Origin: Smithella sp. M82
Lineage (GTDB): Bacteria > Desulfobacterota > Syntrophia > Syntrophales > Smithellaceae
Assembly (NCBI GenBank): GCA_001683985.1
Contig: MAEO01000229.1
Span: 45,573-109,572, forward strand
Length of the DNA stretch: 64,000 nt
Reading direction: 5' to 3'
In this document: positions 37,169 to 47,090 of the stretch, in pieces
Layout of the letters: every line of letters begins with the position of its first letter
How positions within the stretch are numbered: the first letter of the stretch is position 1
Position numbers and translations under genes: made by a program
Notes under the pieces: model-generated
Databases searched by the model: none
Told to the model about the DNA's origin: nothing
What the model saw: only the letters and a program-made list of their open reading frames with translations

Positions 37169-39976
37169 TCAAAATAAATCCCCCCGTAACGAAATGTCTA
37201 TAGGTAATATATAATACTCCACATTTGTCAGCGGATAGAGCGTCTTCATGATTTTGGTGTAACGCCTGAGCTGTTCATCGTATTTCTGTCTTAGCCCCCT
37301 CATCGAACCGGATTTGTAATCAATAATGGTAATGAGATCATGCGACACAATCATTCTATCCACGATACCAAAACTTTCCTTGTCCGATATCTGCTGTTCT
37401 ATATAAAGATCGCCCGGTCTGAACATGATCGGGGCAACATCGCTCCTTTGAACAAAGCGAATCGCCGTTTCATATTCTTCCTCATTCAGTTCTCCGGCCT
37501 GCGGCAGCGCGTCCTGATGAACAACCTTGGCCAACCACCGGTGCAAACGGTCGCCTCTCATGATGCCCGCCCTGATATTGGCGGATACCAGCGCCGGATC
37601 AATTTCGCCGTATTTTTCCGGCTCGTCATGATGTTTGTCCGGCACCCTGAATATTGTCACAGACGGCGTAGTTTCCGACTTACCGGACGACGTGCAGATT
37701 TCTCTTTTACTTCCGTCAGGGGCAAATCTCGCAAATGTATTGAGGACGGCCTGATGAACAGACTTATAGTTTTCATTGTTTTTCTTTGGCAGAAATACCG
37801 TCAATGTCCGGACAGCCCGTGTCGCGGCGACATAGAATACGTTGGCCTTTTCGCGGCGCAGCCGCGCCAGATTTGCTTCGCGTGCGGCCATGATTTCTCC
37901 GGCCCTTGCCGTCTTACTCGCACTTAAGAAATCTATCTCCTTGCTCGAAAACTGCACATGACACCTTTCCGATTCCAGGTAAAAAGGCGACTCCCTTTCC
38001 TCCTCATTCCAGAACACAAAGACATGTTTGAACTGGAGCCCTTTAGTTCCGTGAATGGTATCCACCTTGATATTGTCGCTGTCCTCCGCTTCCGGCACCT
38101 TGACGTTAAACCGGACGTTGAACATTCTCAGCAAAAAATCATCCACATCAGCGCTGCTTTCGCTGAAAAACGCCTGCGCTTCCTCTTGCCAGATATCCAG
38201 TATCGTCGCGTCGATCTTTCCGCGTAAAAGTTCAATAACGCTACTGACGGCCAGCAATCCGAAAGGCCGGGGAAACTTTTGAGCGAACTCCGCCCGTATT
38301 TCATCGATATTCCCATACAGGTTTTTCCACAAAGGCGATGCGGCCGCCGCGGTGACAAAACTTTTTTTATCGTCTTTGGCCAGCACACCGGCAAGGAAAA
38401 ACATGACCGCCACACCTTCAGGTGTCGAAAGAAGCTGCCTTCCTTTTACCGCTGCCACACAAATATTGTTTTTTAAAAGTTCGGCTTCAATCTTTTGCAC
38501 ATGGTTGTTGGTCAAAGCCAGCGCCGCCATGTCTCCCCACAAACAGCCGTATTCTGTTTTTTTCTTCTTCAGATATTCGACTATCGCAGGATAAAAAGAT
38601 GCTTCCGACGCGCCCTCTTTTTCCAGCTCGACACGATTCACCTCAGTGATGCCGTCAAAAGATTTTACTTCTTCCGGCGATTTCTGCATCTCGGTTTTTT
38701 CTTTTCCCTCAAAAAGATGGGCGACGAGTTCATTGAAAAAAGAAATCAGCAGAGGTGTGCTGCGATAATTGTATTCCAGTGAGCTTTCCGTAATTTCTCC
38801 GTTTTTAATGTATTTGCCGATGGCATTTTCCAGGGCTTCGCGATCCGCACCGCGCCAGCCGTAGATCATCTGCTTCCAGTCGCCCACGGCAAAGAACGAC
38901 CTTTCGCCGCGCTCGCCCCGGCCGGACAAAATCTCGTCAATCAGGGGCGTCAATATTTCAATATCGCCCTTTGACGTATCCTGAAATTCGTCGATCAGAA
39001 GATGCTCCGTCCGGTCAAGTCCCAGCGAAAAATAATTACTCATAAGCTTCGGGCGCTCGGGCGACATCAGACCGTCCAGTTCAAGAAGACCGCGGCGCAC
39101 ATCGTGGAAAAAGATCAATCCTTTTTTGTTCTTTACTGCAGCGGCCGCTTCCAGATAAATCCCGCAAAGAAAGGCTACGGCCAGTTCGCGCAGCAGCGCC
39201 TTGTTGATGGCCAGATGTTCGGCAGTCTCCCGGTAATCCCGGAATATTTGATTGAGTTCCGAATATGGTTTTTCATTCCAGTTTATGTTTTTCCCGATGC
39301 TTTTATAATCTTCCAAATCGGCATAAGAAGCCGCGCTTTTGGAAATAAAATTATTATAGTCTGCGAAAGCATCAATCACCCGGCTTTTTGTTCGCGACGT
39401 CACCTTCTCCGCCAGGGCGTCAGCTTTTGCATAAAGAGATTTAAGCCTGTTTCTCAACACGCTGTTCTGCTTCATGATGTCGTCAAGGTCGTTAAGCCTT
39501 TCCATATCCGGCAGACAGCGCTCATGAGTCCGTTCATCCTTCAGCTCCTCCCCAAGCGCGTCGATATCCGTTCTTAAAATTCTTGCCGCCATGAGCAACT
39601 TGTCGGCTTTGCCTTTTTGAATGACATCGTCACGAAAAAGAATTTCAATCTCACGCGATAATTCCATCTGCTTTTTCTCATCCGCGAGCTTCGGCGCGAA
39701 ACCCGCCGCGGTAAAAAGCCGGTAAAAGAACGAATCGATGGTGGAATAGCCGACGCGTTCCGCTTCCATAACCAGCCGCAGACGCTCCAGCAGAGGCTTC
39801 TCCTTTTGTTGGGATATTTTTTCCATGATCCGGGCGCGCATCTCGGCGGTGGCGGCGCGGGCGAAGGTCAGCGCGGAAATGAATTTGCCGCCGATAAATA
39901 TCCGTTTGAATACTTCTTCGGTGAGCCGTGTTGTTTTTCCCGAACCTGCCGAAGCTTTCAGTAAAATGCTTTTCAT
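37169..39976 (-). CDS. UvrD/AddA-like helicase with C-terminal PD-(D/E)XK nuclease domain
   Basis: Walker A ASAGSGKTT, LIDEFQDTS, YVAATRA, and the C-terminal nuclease motif IIDYKSG. I start it at ATG 39976, overlapping the upstream stop in TAATG. Confidence 0.85.
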   Translation of the reverse strand: MKSILLKASAGSGKTTRLTEEVFKRIFIGGKFISALTFARAATAEMRARIMEKISQQKEKPLLERLRLVMEAERVGYSTIDSFFYRLFTAAGFAPKLADEKKQMELSREIEILFRDDVIQKGKADKLLMAARILRTDIDALGEELKDERTHERCLPDMERLNDLDDIMKQNSVLRNRLKSLYAKADALAEKVTSRTKSRVIDAFADYNNFISKSAASYADLEDYKSIGKNINWNEKPYSELNQIFRDYRETAEHLAINKALLRELAVAFLCGIYLEAAAAVKNKKGLIFFHDVRRGLLELDGLMSPERPKLMSNYFSLGLDRTEHLLIDEFQDTSKGDIEILTPLIDEILSGRGERGERSFFAVGDWKQMIYGWRGADREALENAIGKYIKNGEITESSLEYNYRSTPLLISFFNELVAHLFEGKEKTEMQKSPEEVKSFDGITEVNRVELEKEGASEASFYPAIVEYLKKKKTEYGCLWGDMAALALTNNHVQKIEAELLKNNICVAAVKGRQLLSTPEGVAVMFFLAGVLAKDDKKSFVTAAAASPLWKNLYGNIDEIRAEFAQKFPRPFGLLAVSSVIELLRGKIDATILDIWQEEAQAFFSESSADVDDFLLRMFNVRFNVKVPEAEDSDNIKVDTIHGTKGLQFKHVFVFWNEEERESPFYLESERCHVQFSSKEIDFLSASKTARAGEIMAAREANLARLRREKANVFYVAATRAVRTLTVFLPKKNNENYKSVHQAVLNTFARFAPDGSKREICTSSGKSETTPSVTIFRVPDKHHDEPEKYGEIDPALVSANIRAGIMRGDRLHRWLAKVVHQDALPQAGELNEEEYETAIRFVQRSDVAPIMFRPGDLYIEQQISDKESFGIVDRMIVSHDLITIIDYKSGSMRGLRQKYDEQLRRYTKIMKTLYPLTNVEYYILPIDISLRGDLF

Positions 39977-42363
39977 TACATGTTCCCCCGGACGGTTTTG
40001 TAGTATTCTTCCCTGCCGCATAATGCCTGAAACTGACAGTATTCACATTCCGAACAGTCATGATCCGACACAAGTTCGCTGCCGCTGATGATTGCGTCCA
40101 GTCTTTCCCTGATGGCTCGCATCAGTTCCCCGGCCTTAGCAATTTCCTTCTCCGGAAGCTCTATTTCCCGATCGCTGGTCGGTTCCTTCAGAAAATAAAA
40201 GCGTGCGCCCTGAGCGTCTTTATTGAAGCGCTGATAGATAATCAGTTGAGCGGCCGGATGCAGAACGATTTTTTCCTTAAAGCGTTCCAAAACCGTTGTT
40301 CTTCCCGAAAGGTCGTACTTGCTTTGCTTTTTGGAATATTTGAAATCAATCACCTCAGTTCTTCCCGCGATATTGGCGATTCTGTCCGAACGTCCGGTGA
40401 TCTTATAACATCCATCAATCATCCCCTCGAATTTCTTCTCACAACACAGGGCGTTGTCTGCAAAAACCAGACCTTTGCCGCTATCTTTCTCATCGCTGTA
40501 TATCCCCTGCAATAAAATTTTTGCATTGAGCATGTAGATATTAATGCCGTTGATGTCCCGCACTTCCGCGTTCCCGTCGCTTTCCCAGAGTTCATCAAAA
40601 AGCTTTTCCCAGTCGCCAAATTTTTCCTTCGGGCCCGTCGAGAGCCGCTGCAGGAATCGATGAACAAAATCTCCCATGCGCATATTTATTTTTTCATCAT
40701 CCTCCATGAATGAAGGCGGCTTAATTCCGAGGATGTATTGATGATAGAACAGGAAAGGACAGGCCAGAATTTTGGTCAGGCTTGAATAGGAATACGTAAA
40801 ATCACGGAGCTTGTTTCTCAGATTCTCGTCCAGGGTTATGGCGGTCTTTATCTTCTCCGGCTTCGCCGTCGCAGATTTCCTGAACGCGGCTGCTGTGACC
40901 GGTTTTCCGAATTCCTGAGACAGCAGGCTCATGTAATAACTTGGTGTCCGTTCCCGAATTTGATCGTTGACGCCGGCGATTTTGATTTTTTCGCCCTGCG
41001 CCAGAATCTGCCGGAAAATCAAATCCTCATATTCAAACATACTCTTGCGCAATTGTGGAACATGGACCGGATTGATGAAAGGTCCCTCGAAAGGCTGCGA
41101 GGGCATAATGCCGGCATCCAGAGGAAGGATCAATCCTCTGCTGAATTTCTCGCCCGAAACATGGCCGAAACCGACCACCTGCACCGGCGCCGATCTGCTG
41201 CCCGTGACGCGGAACTTTCTCGTTTCAATCAGCATGCGCGCGGCATCGGCCAGATCGCGCCCCAGCCGCTCTTTCCAGAAATCAAGAAGCGTGGCAAAAG
41301 AGATGGCCACCTCAAACGCCTCGCATTCCTCGCGCACATAATTGTCTCTGTTTTGGGATAATTCCACCGCGCAGGCTGCGGCAAATTTCTTTAAATCGAG
41401 TATCCGACCTGACTTCTCCGCCTCTTCTATTTCCATCAGCAACCTTCTTCCGGCCGAAGTAGCCGCAAACGGCAGCCAGACGGCTAGATTGACAGCATTG
41501 CCGAAAAGCCTCAGCGATCTGTTCCAGAGCATCGGGGTAAGCGACTCGTCCAACAGGAAAATCATCAACTGCTCCCTGCCCTTCCGTTCTTCCAAAAAAC
41601 CGGAAACCTCCAGCGTAACCAGATCGACCAGAGCATGAAGCCCGGCAAGCGAAACCAGTTCAATCCCTGCGCCATCCGAGGGCGCAATCCCGCCGCCGAA
41701 GGACAGGGCAAGATTTTTCGCCGAATCGAACGGCAGTTTTTCCGGTCCGGACAATTCGGCTCCGAACAGCGGCGGATCGATGAACAACCTTTCTTTTTTT
41801 ATCTTATGGCAGAGCCGCTCGGTTACCGGCGTTATCGCGGGAAGTCCGATAAACACTTCCTTTTCGCCGGGCGTGACAGATTCAACCGCCGCTATCTCCA
41901 GTTCCGGCATGAAGAAATTCAATTTTGCCAGCCACTTCCGAAAAGCCTGCGCGGTTTCCAGATACTCTTCAAGCCTCGTCCATTCATCGTCGGTAAAACG
42001 CTCAGCCCCGTAAATTGTATTTCTGCTGATTTTATATTCTGCGAGCTTTGCAATAACGGGCAGAAGACTGACGGCGCGCCGGGCCGGGTACGGTTCATTC
42101 GGAAATTTTTCCGCAACGAAACGGATAAAATAAAGCAACTGTTCATCACCGGGAACGGGCTCAAGATTCAGTTCCTCACTGCTTTTTCTGATGATGTAGG
42201 ATTTAAGACCCTCTACCCGGGGAAGTATCCCGCCAAGCTCGGTATGAATAAAGTGCTGCACAGGATCAACCGCTCTGTCGCTGGCACAAATTATTGTCCA
42301 ACCGGAAAGATCAGGATAGTCATTGTGAAGAAGCTCAATTAACTTTTCCGAATATTGGGACAT
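39976..42363 (-). CDS. AddB-like PD-(D/E)XK nuclease subunit with C-terminal Fe-S cysteine cluster
   Basis: 795 aa with the nuclease motif VIDFKYSKK and the terminal CSECEYCQFQALC cysteines, as in AddB-type iron-staple nucleases. I see no Walker A in the N-terminal region. Confidence 0.75.
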   Translation of the reverse strand: MSQYSEKLIELLHNDYPDLSGWTIICASDRAVDPVQHFIHTELGGILPRVEGLKSYIIRKSSEELNLEPVPGDEQLLYFIRFVAEKFPNEPYPARRAVSLLPVIAKLAEYKISRNTIYGAERFTDDEWTRLEEYLETAQAFRKWLAKLNFFMPELEIAAVESVTPGEKEVFIGLPAITPVTERLCHKIKKERLFIDPPLFGAELSGPEKLPFDSAKNLALSFGGGIAPSDGAGIELVSLAGLHALVDLVTLEVSGFLEERKGREQLMIFLLDESLTPMLWNRSLRLFGNAVNLAVWLPFAATSAGRRLLMEIEEAEKSGRILDLKKFAAACAVELSQNRDNYVREECEAFEVAISFATLLDFWKERLGRDLADAARMLIETRKFRVTGSRSAPVQVVGFGHVSGEKFSRGLILPLDAGIMPSQPFEGPFINPVHVPQLRKSMFEYEDLIFRQILAQGEKIKIAGVNDQIRERTPSYYMSLLSQEFGKPVTAAAFRKSATAKPEKIKTAITLDENLRNKLRDFTYSYSSLTKILACPFLFYHQYILGIKPPSFMEDDEKINMRMGDFVHRFLQRLSTGPKEKFGDWEKLFDELWESDGNAEVRDINGINIYMLNAKILLQGIYSDEKDSGKGLVFADNALCCEKKFEGMIDGCYKITGRSDRIANIAGRTEVIDFKYSKKQSKYDLSGRTTVLERFKEKIVLHPAAQLIIYQRFNKDAQGARFYFLKEPTSDREIELPEKEIAKAGELMRAIRERLDAIISGSELVSDHDCSECEYCQFQALCGREEYYKTVRGNM

Positions 42364-42491
42364 ATTGCATCTCTCCGTTTATTACCGGTAAAAAGCTTCA
42401 GATTCTGCTGATCATATAATGACAAAACCGGAATTTAATAGCATAATTTTAGAAATATGGTAACAAGAAGAAAAATTTTTTTGCTGAAATT

Positions 42492-43433
42492 ATGAAATAT
42501 TATATTAATTCCACCGCTGATTATCATCAACATGATTTAAATTCTCTGGGATGGGAATTGACCGTCTGCAATTCTCTGGAACCAGTCAACAGCCCCTGCC
42601 GTAAAATTCTAACATTGCCGCTTTCTTTCGGAGAACACCTTTACAATTTCCTGAAAGAAATAATTCCCTTTAATAACCTTCGTTCCATTCTGGAAATCGG
42701 CGGCGGCATGGGTTGCCTGATGCGTGATCTTTTGACATTCAATCCGCAAATGCAGGCAAAAATGATCGACATATCTCCCTATCTTTTGGACAAACAGAAA
42801 GAAACGCTTAAATCATTCAACGCTGACTTCGAACTCACTGATATTTTGTCCGCCGATCCGGCATCACTCTCCGGTTTCGATCTGGTAATTATGAACGAAA
42901 ATCTGGGCGATCTGCCCACCCTCGTTGCAGAACAAGCGAAAGAGAATGATTCGGAATATGATATTGTCGATTATTTGGTAAAATTGGAGCATTTCAAAAA
43001 TAAATATGACCTATCCCTGGGATTGAATGAAAACGAACATATCAATATCGGCGCCATAGAAATATTGGAAAAACTCTGCCTGGCAGGAATCAAATATATT
43101 TATTTGAGCGAACACAGCTGCGAAGCCGTTGTTCCTGAACACATGAAGCAATATATATCTTTCCGGTCTTCAGGCTCTCCGGAAATGATTTTGCTGAAAG
43201 GCCATAAAGAATTCACCATTAAATTTTCTTACTTGCAGAAAATTGCAGAAATGTTAAATTACCCGGCGCGGCGTGGACCTTTTACCGATTTTCTCCACTT
43301 GAATTTTAATGATAAAGTGAAAACAGCTTTAAGGCTTACTTCACCATATAACGATGAGCAGGAAATCATACGACAATTTGTTTATGATCTTTATAAATAC
43401 GAATATTTAATTCTGATAAAAGGAGATGAATGA
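42492..43433 (+). CDS. putative class I SAM-dependent methyltransferase (MidA/COG1565-like)
   Basis: 313 aa with the glycine-rich motif ILEIGGGMGCL, an acidic motif II (MIDIS) and NENLGDLP, which resembles the NEllDAlP segment of the DUF185 family. Confidence 0.5.
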   Translation: MKYYINSTADYHQHDLNSLGWELTVCNSLEPVNSPCRKILTLPLSFGEHLYNFLKEIIPFNNLRSILEIGGGMGCLMRDLLTFNPQMQAKMIDISPYLLDKQKETLKSFNADFELTDILSADPASLSGFDLVIMNENLGDLPTLVAEQAKENDSEYDIVDYLVKLEHFKNKYDLSLGLNENEHINIGAIEILEKLCLAGIKYIYLSEHSCEAVVPEHMKQYISFRSSGSPEMILLKGHKEFTIKFSYLQKIAEMLNYPARRGPFTDFLHLNFNDKVKTALRLTSPYNDEQEIIRQFVYDLYKYEYLILIKGDE

Positions 43434-43801
43434 TGAAGATAAATTCAACGATAATGTTCCCCATGGCAATGCTCTTCTTCTTGACTTTTACAATGGAGAG
43501 CATGGCTTTCCGTTGCGGCAATGGACTTGTTACTGAAGGAGATTCAAAATCTCAGGTGCTGGCAACTTGCGGCAATCCTACATCCAAAGAAAAATCCTGT
43601 GAAAACAGTCAACAATATACGACAACGACCAAATACGGAAAAATAAAAAAAGTTAAAAAATGCGGCCAAAAACTGGAAACATGGTTCTATAACTGCGGTG
43701 ACAATGATTTCATTTACAAACTTACCTTTGACGATGGAATAATAACAAGTATAACAGCCGAAGGCCGCGGCAGAGGCAAATCGGCTTGTCGCGGGAAATA
43801 A
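43430..43801 (+). CDS. secreted DUF2845-like small protein
   Basis: Signal peptide, then FRCGNGLV..GDSK..VLATCGNP and WFYNCG segments. Confidence 0.55.
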   Translation: MMKINSTIMFPMAMLFFLTFTMESMAFRCGNGLVTEGDSKSQVLATCGNPTSKEKSCENSQQYTTTTKYGKIKKVKKCGQKLETWFYNCGDNDFIYKLTFDDGIITSITAEGRGRGKSACRGK

Positions 43802-43906
43802 CAAATCTTTCTTTATATTATTCGGGCAAATAAGTATTCATATACAATATTATTATTGTGCCTGCAAGCTTTGAGCTTTCAAGAATAGACGACAAGCATT
43901 CTATAT

Positions 43907-45019
43907 ATGAAGCGATTTAAAAAAACACTAAAAATACTCATTGTTAACAGTATTATTTTTGTTATCTGTCTTGCCATAATAGAAATTATCTTTGGAGGAT
44001 GGTTTAACGCAAATAGACTTAACCGTCTTAACATGCTCAAAAACTGTGTTCTGCAGTATGAAGTGTCCAATCTTTACAATGATCAAATTCCTATAATCAA
44101 GTATTCGCGAGATAAATACGGCCTTCGCGGCAGCTACCTCAACCCGGGTGAAATAGGCATTCTTACTGTCGGCGGCAGCGCTACTGATCAGCGCTTCATT
44201 CGCGACGGCGAAACATGGCAAGATATTCTCCAAAATAATTTCCAACAAGCAGGTCTGGCCATAGTCGTCGCCAATGCCGGAATAGACGGACAATCAACTT
44301 ACGGACATATCAAAAACTTTGAGTGGTGGTTTCCCGGCATACCGAATCTAAAGCCTAAATATATTCTTTTTTATATCGGATTGAACGACTTCTACAAAGA
44401 AGCGGGATTAGAATGTGACGGGCTTGCGCATGTCAGACAAAGTTATAATCTGGAAATAAAAATAAGACAAAATAGCGCATTGTGGCATATGATTAGAACA
44501 ATTCGCGGTACATATGAGGCAATGTTTGTCGAAAAAATTGAACATCGTTTTATTGATTTCAGCAGGCAGCATTGGACGGACAAAGCAATTCAGTGCAATT
44601 ACGACTTTATGGAAAAAAGACTTGATGAATACGCAAATCGTTTGCGAATACTTGCGGACAAGACTTACGCTATCGGAGCAAAGCCGATCTTTGTTTCGCA
44701 ACCTTCCCGACGATATCAAATTACACCAGGCGGCGTACGGGGACAAGACAGTGTGAGATTTTATGACGGTCATCCGTACAATGGTGTGGATTTCTATCAA
44801 ATGATGAGAAAACTCGATAATGTCACAAAGTCTGTCGCCGTTGAAAAAGGAGCATCTTTTGTGGATCTTGCAAGCAAGCCTATTTGGGAAGATAGTGACT
44901 TCTATGATTTTTCACATATGACACCTGAAGGGGCACAGAAAGTAGGCACGCTCTTGTACGAAGCATTAAAAAATAAATGCACTGATGCTGAAAAAACTTC
45001 TCCTCAGGATAAAAAATAA
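43907..45019 (+). CDS. SGNH/GDSL-family hydrolase with N-terminal membrane anchor
   Basis: Block I GGSATDQ, block III-like IGLNDF and block V DFSHMT. Confidence 0.6.
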   Translation: MKRFKKTLKILIVNSIIFVICLAIIEIIFGGWFNANRLNRLNMLKNCVLQYEVSNLYNDQIPIIKYSRDKYGLRGSYLNPGEIGILTVGGSATDQRFIRDGETWQDILQNNFQQAGLAIVVANAGIDGQSTYGHIKNFEWWFPGIPNLKPKYILFYIGLNDFYKEAGLECDGLAHVRQSYNLEIKIRQNSALWHMIRTIRGTYEAMFVEKIEHRFIDFSRQHWTDKAIQCNYDFMEKRLDEYANRLRILADKTYAIGAKPIFVSQPSRRYQITPGGVRGQDSVRFYDGHPYNGVDFYQMMRKLDNVTKSVAVEKGASFVDLASKPIWEDSDFYDFSHMTPEGAQKVGTLLYEALKNKCTDAEKTSPQDKK

Positions 45020-45080
45020 TATGCAACCCTTTTTAGTGCCTTTTTACGGATAAAATCTACAGTTCTCAATAAAGAATAAA

Positions 45081-46850
45081 TCATCCTGAAGTTAACTTCT
45101 GCACTTTATCGCGCAGTTTATTGATTTCATTCCATTGGGGCGCAAGACGGGCTGCCTTATCAATGTATTTCATCGCCTCTTCTAAATGCCCCTGTTTAAC
45201 TCTTAGTGAAGCCAGATGAAAATACGGTTGAGCTATTTCAGGATCAAGCAAGATTGCCTGCCGGAAACATGCTTCGGCTAAATAATCTTGATTCATTCCG
45301 GCGTACGCTACGCCAAGATTATTGAATGTTGTAACATCGGTGGGGTTCATTTTAGCGGCAGCCAGCAAATGGGTAACGGCCAAATCAAGCTGCTTGCCTT
45401 GTAAATATGCCGTACCAAGGTTAAAGTGAGCCAATTCATTTTCACCGGCCACTGCAAGATTCTGACTGAATAATGTTTCAGTATTCTTCCAGTAAGAGAC
45501 CTGCTGTAAGGTTAATGCCATTAATACCGCTATAAATGGCGCAATTACAATCGCTGCATAGCGACGGATTTTTATTTCCTTCATAAGTTTGTCAAAGGAA
45601 AGTCCCACCGCCAGAATTAATCCCAATTGAGGAAGTAATGTGTAACGGTCGGCATGCGCCTGTTCGCCTACCTGGACAATTCCAATGACCGGAAATAAAA
45701 CTCCCAGATAAAATAACCATCCCCATAAAAGATAAGGCCGTTGATTCCTTTGCCATACAGCTACAATCGTAATCAGAATTAAAATTGAGCACGCCATAAT
45801 AATATCATTCGCATCGAATGAATACGGATACGGGTAAAAAACAGTCAAATCAAAAGGCAACACACTTTGGTGAATATATTCAAGATACGATACGACAGCA
45901 TTGGCAAGTCGTTCTGTCATGGGAAATTCAACAAGAGATTTTACCGCCCTGCTTTTATCTTGTACAATGACAGTTATAATTGACACAATTATGGAAAGAG
46001 TAAACCATGGTATTTTTTCATAAACGACCTTTTTAAATTCACCTCTGAAACGTTTCAATGGCCAAAAATCCAAAAGCAGAGCAACGCAAGGCCAGGTAAC
46101 CGCCATCGGCTTGGAAAGCAGGGATAAGACAAAAAGTAATGTTGTCAAATAGTATAGGGATTTTTTAGGCTTTCGGGCAAAACCAAGATAAGCCAACATG
46201 GCAGACAAAAAGAAGAAGGCACATAATAAATCTTTACGTTCTGCTGCCCAGGCTACCGATTCGACATGCAGCGGATGCAAAGAAAAAAAAGCTGCCATTA
46301 AAAATGCCGCTGGAACGGAAGCTTCGAGCTTCAAAAATAAAAAAAAGGCTAACATTGCGCAACCCATATACCAAACGAGATTTACCATATGAGCCGCAGA
46401 GGCTGTAGCGCCGAAAAGACTGGCATCCAGCATATGACTTATCCAGGTCAGCGGATGCCAGTTAGAAGCCGTGCTGGTAATAAATGCCCAGCCAACGCCC
46501 GGCCAACTTAAACCGGACGATACTATAGAATTGTCAGAAATGTAGAAAGGGTCGTCCCAGTTGATAAATTCGTGAAATAACATCTGTGCGTACGGCACAA
46601 ATGTTATAATGGCTAAGACTATCAGCCATGTCCAGAGAACGGGCTTGTTTTTTATTTTATTTTCCAAAACATCAACAAAACATTTCGGTGTTGATAGAAA
46701 TGTAAGCGATCCTATCCCTCTTTTCATAAAGAACCAACGGCATAGAACACATCCCTGATAGCAATCTCTTTTACAATAAGCGCCTCTCGATAAAGACGAT
46801 CCACAGCGGTTATTATCAACACTTATATTTATGGGTTTCCCATCAGTCAA
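45081..46850 (-). CDS. polytopic membrane protein with C-terminal TPR repeats (PMT/TMTC-like glycosyltransferase family 39-like)
   Basis: About 10 TM segments followed by 3-4 TPR repeats. The start is uncertain, and an internal Met at 46727 is equally plausible. Confidence 0.6.
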   Translation of the reverse strand: MTDGKPINISVDNNRCGSSLSRGAYCKRDCYQGCVLCRWFFMKRGIGSLTFLSTPKCFVDVLENKIKNKPVLWTWLIVLAIITFVPYAQMLFHEFINWDDPFYISDNSIVSSGLSWPGVGWAFITSTASNWHPLTWISHMLDASLFGATASAAHMVNLVWYMGCAMLAFFLFLKLEASVPAAFLMAAFFSLHPLHVESVAWAAERKDLLCAFFFLSAMLAYLGFARKPKKSLYYLTTLLFVLSLLSKPMAVTWPCVALLLDFWPLKRFRGEFKKVVYEKIPWFTLSIIVSIITVIVQDKSRAVKSLVEFPMTERLANAVVSYLEYIHQSVLPFDLTVFYPYPYSFDANDIIMACSILILITIVAVWQRNQRPYLLWGWLFYLGVLFPVIGIVQVGEQAHADRYTLLPQLGLILAVGLSFDKLMKEIKIRRYAAIVIAPFIAVLMALTLQQVSYWKNTETLFSQNLAVAGENELAHFNLGTAYLQGKQLDLAVTHLLAAAKMNPTDVTTFNNLGVAYAGMNQDYLAEACFRQAILLDPEIAQPYFHLASLRVKQGHLEEAMKYIDKAARLAPQWNEINKLRDKVQKLTSG

Positions 46851-47090
46851 GCCTTTTTCTTAAAACCTCTCCCTTACCCCATCGATGAAACGGACATTAT
46901 TCACTTAACGTTTAATATGATTCCGTATCCGCAAGCACCTCATTTATGGTCACAGGTTTGCTGAATAATTAGATTCTTTCTCCTTTATTCTTTCTCCTTG
47001 ACACCTTTCGTTTGTAAGTTTATGCAAACCAATGCTGTTCTTCCATCATATAATAATTCATAAGACATTGACAATGTCACGGGGCAAAAG

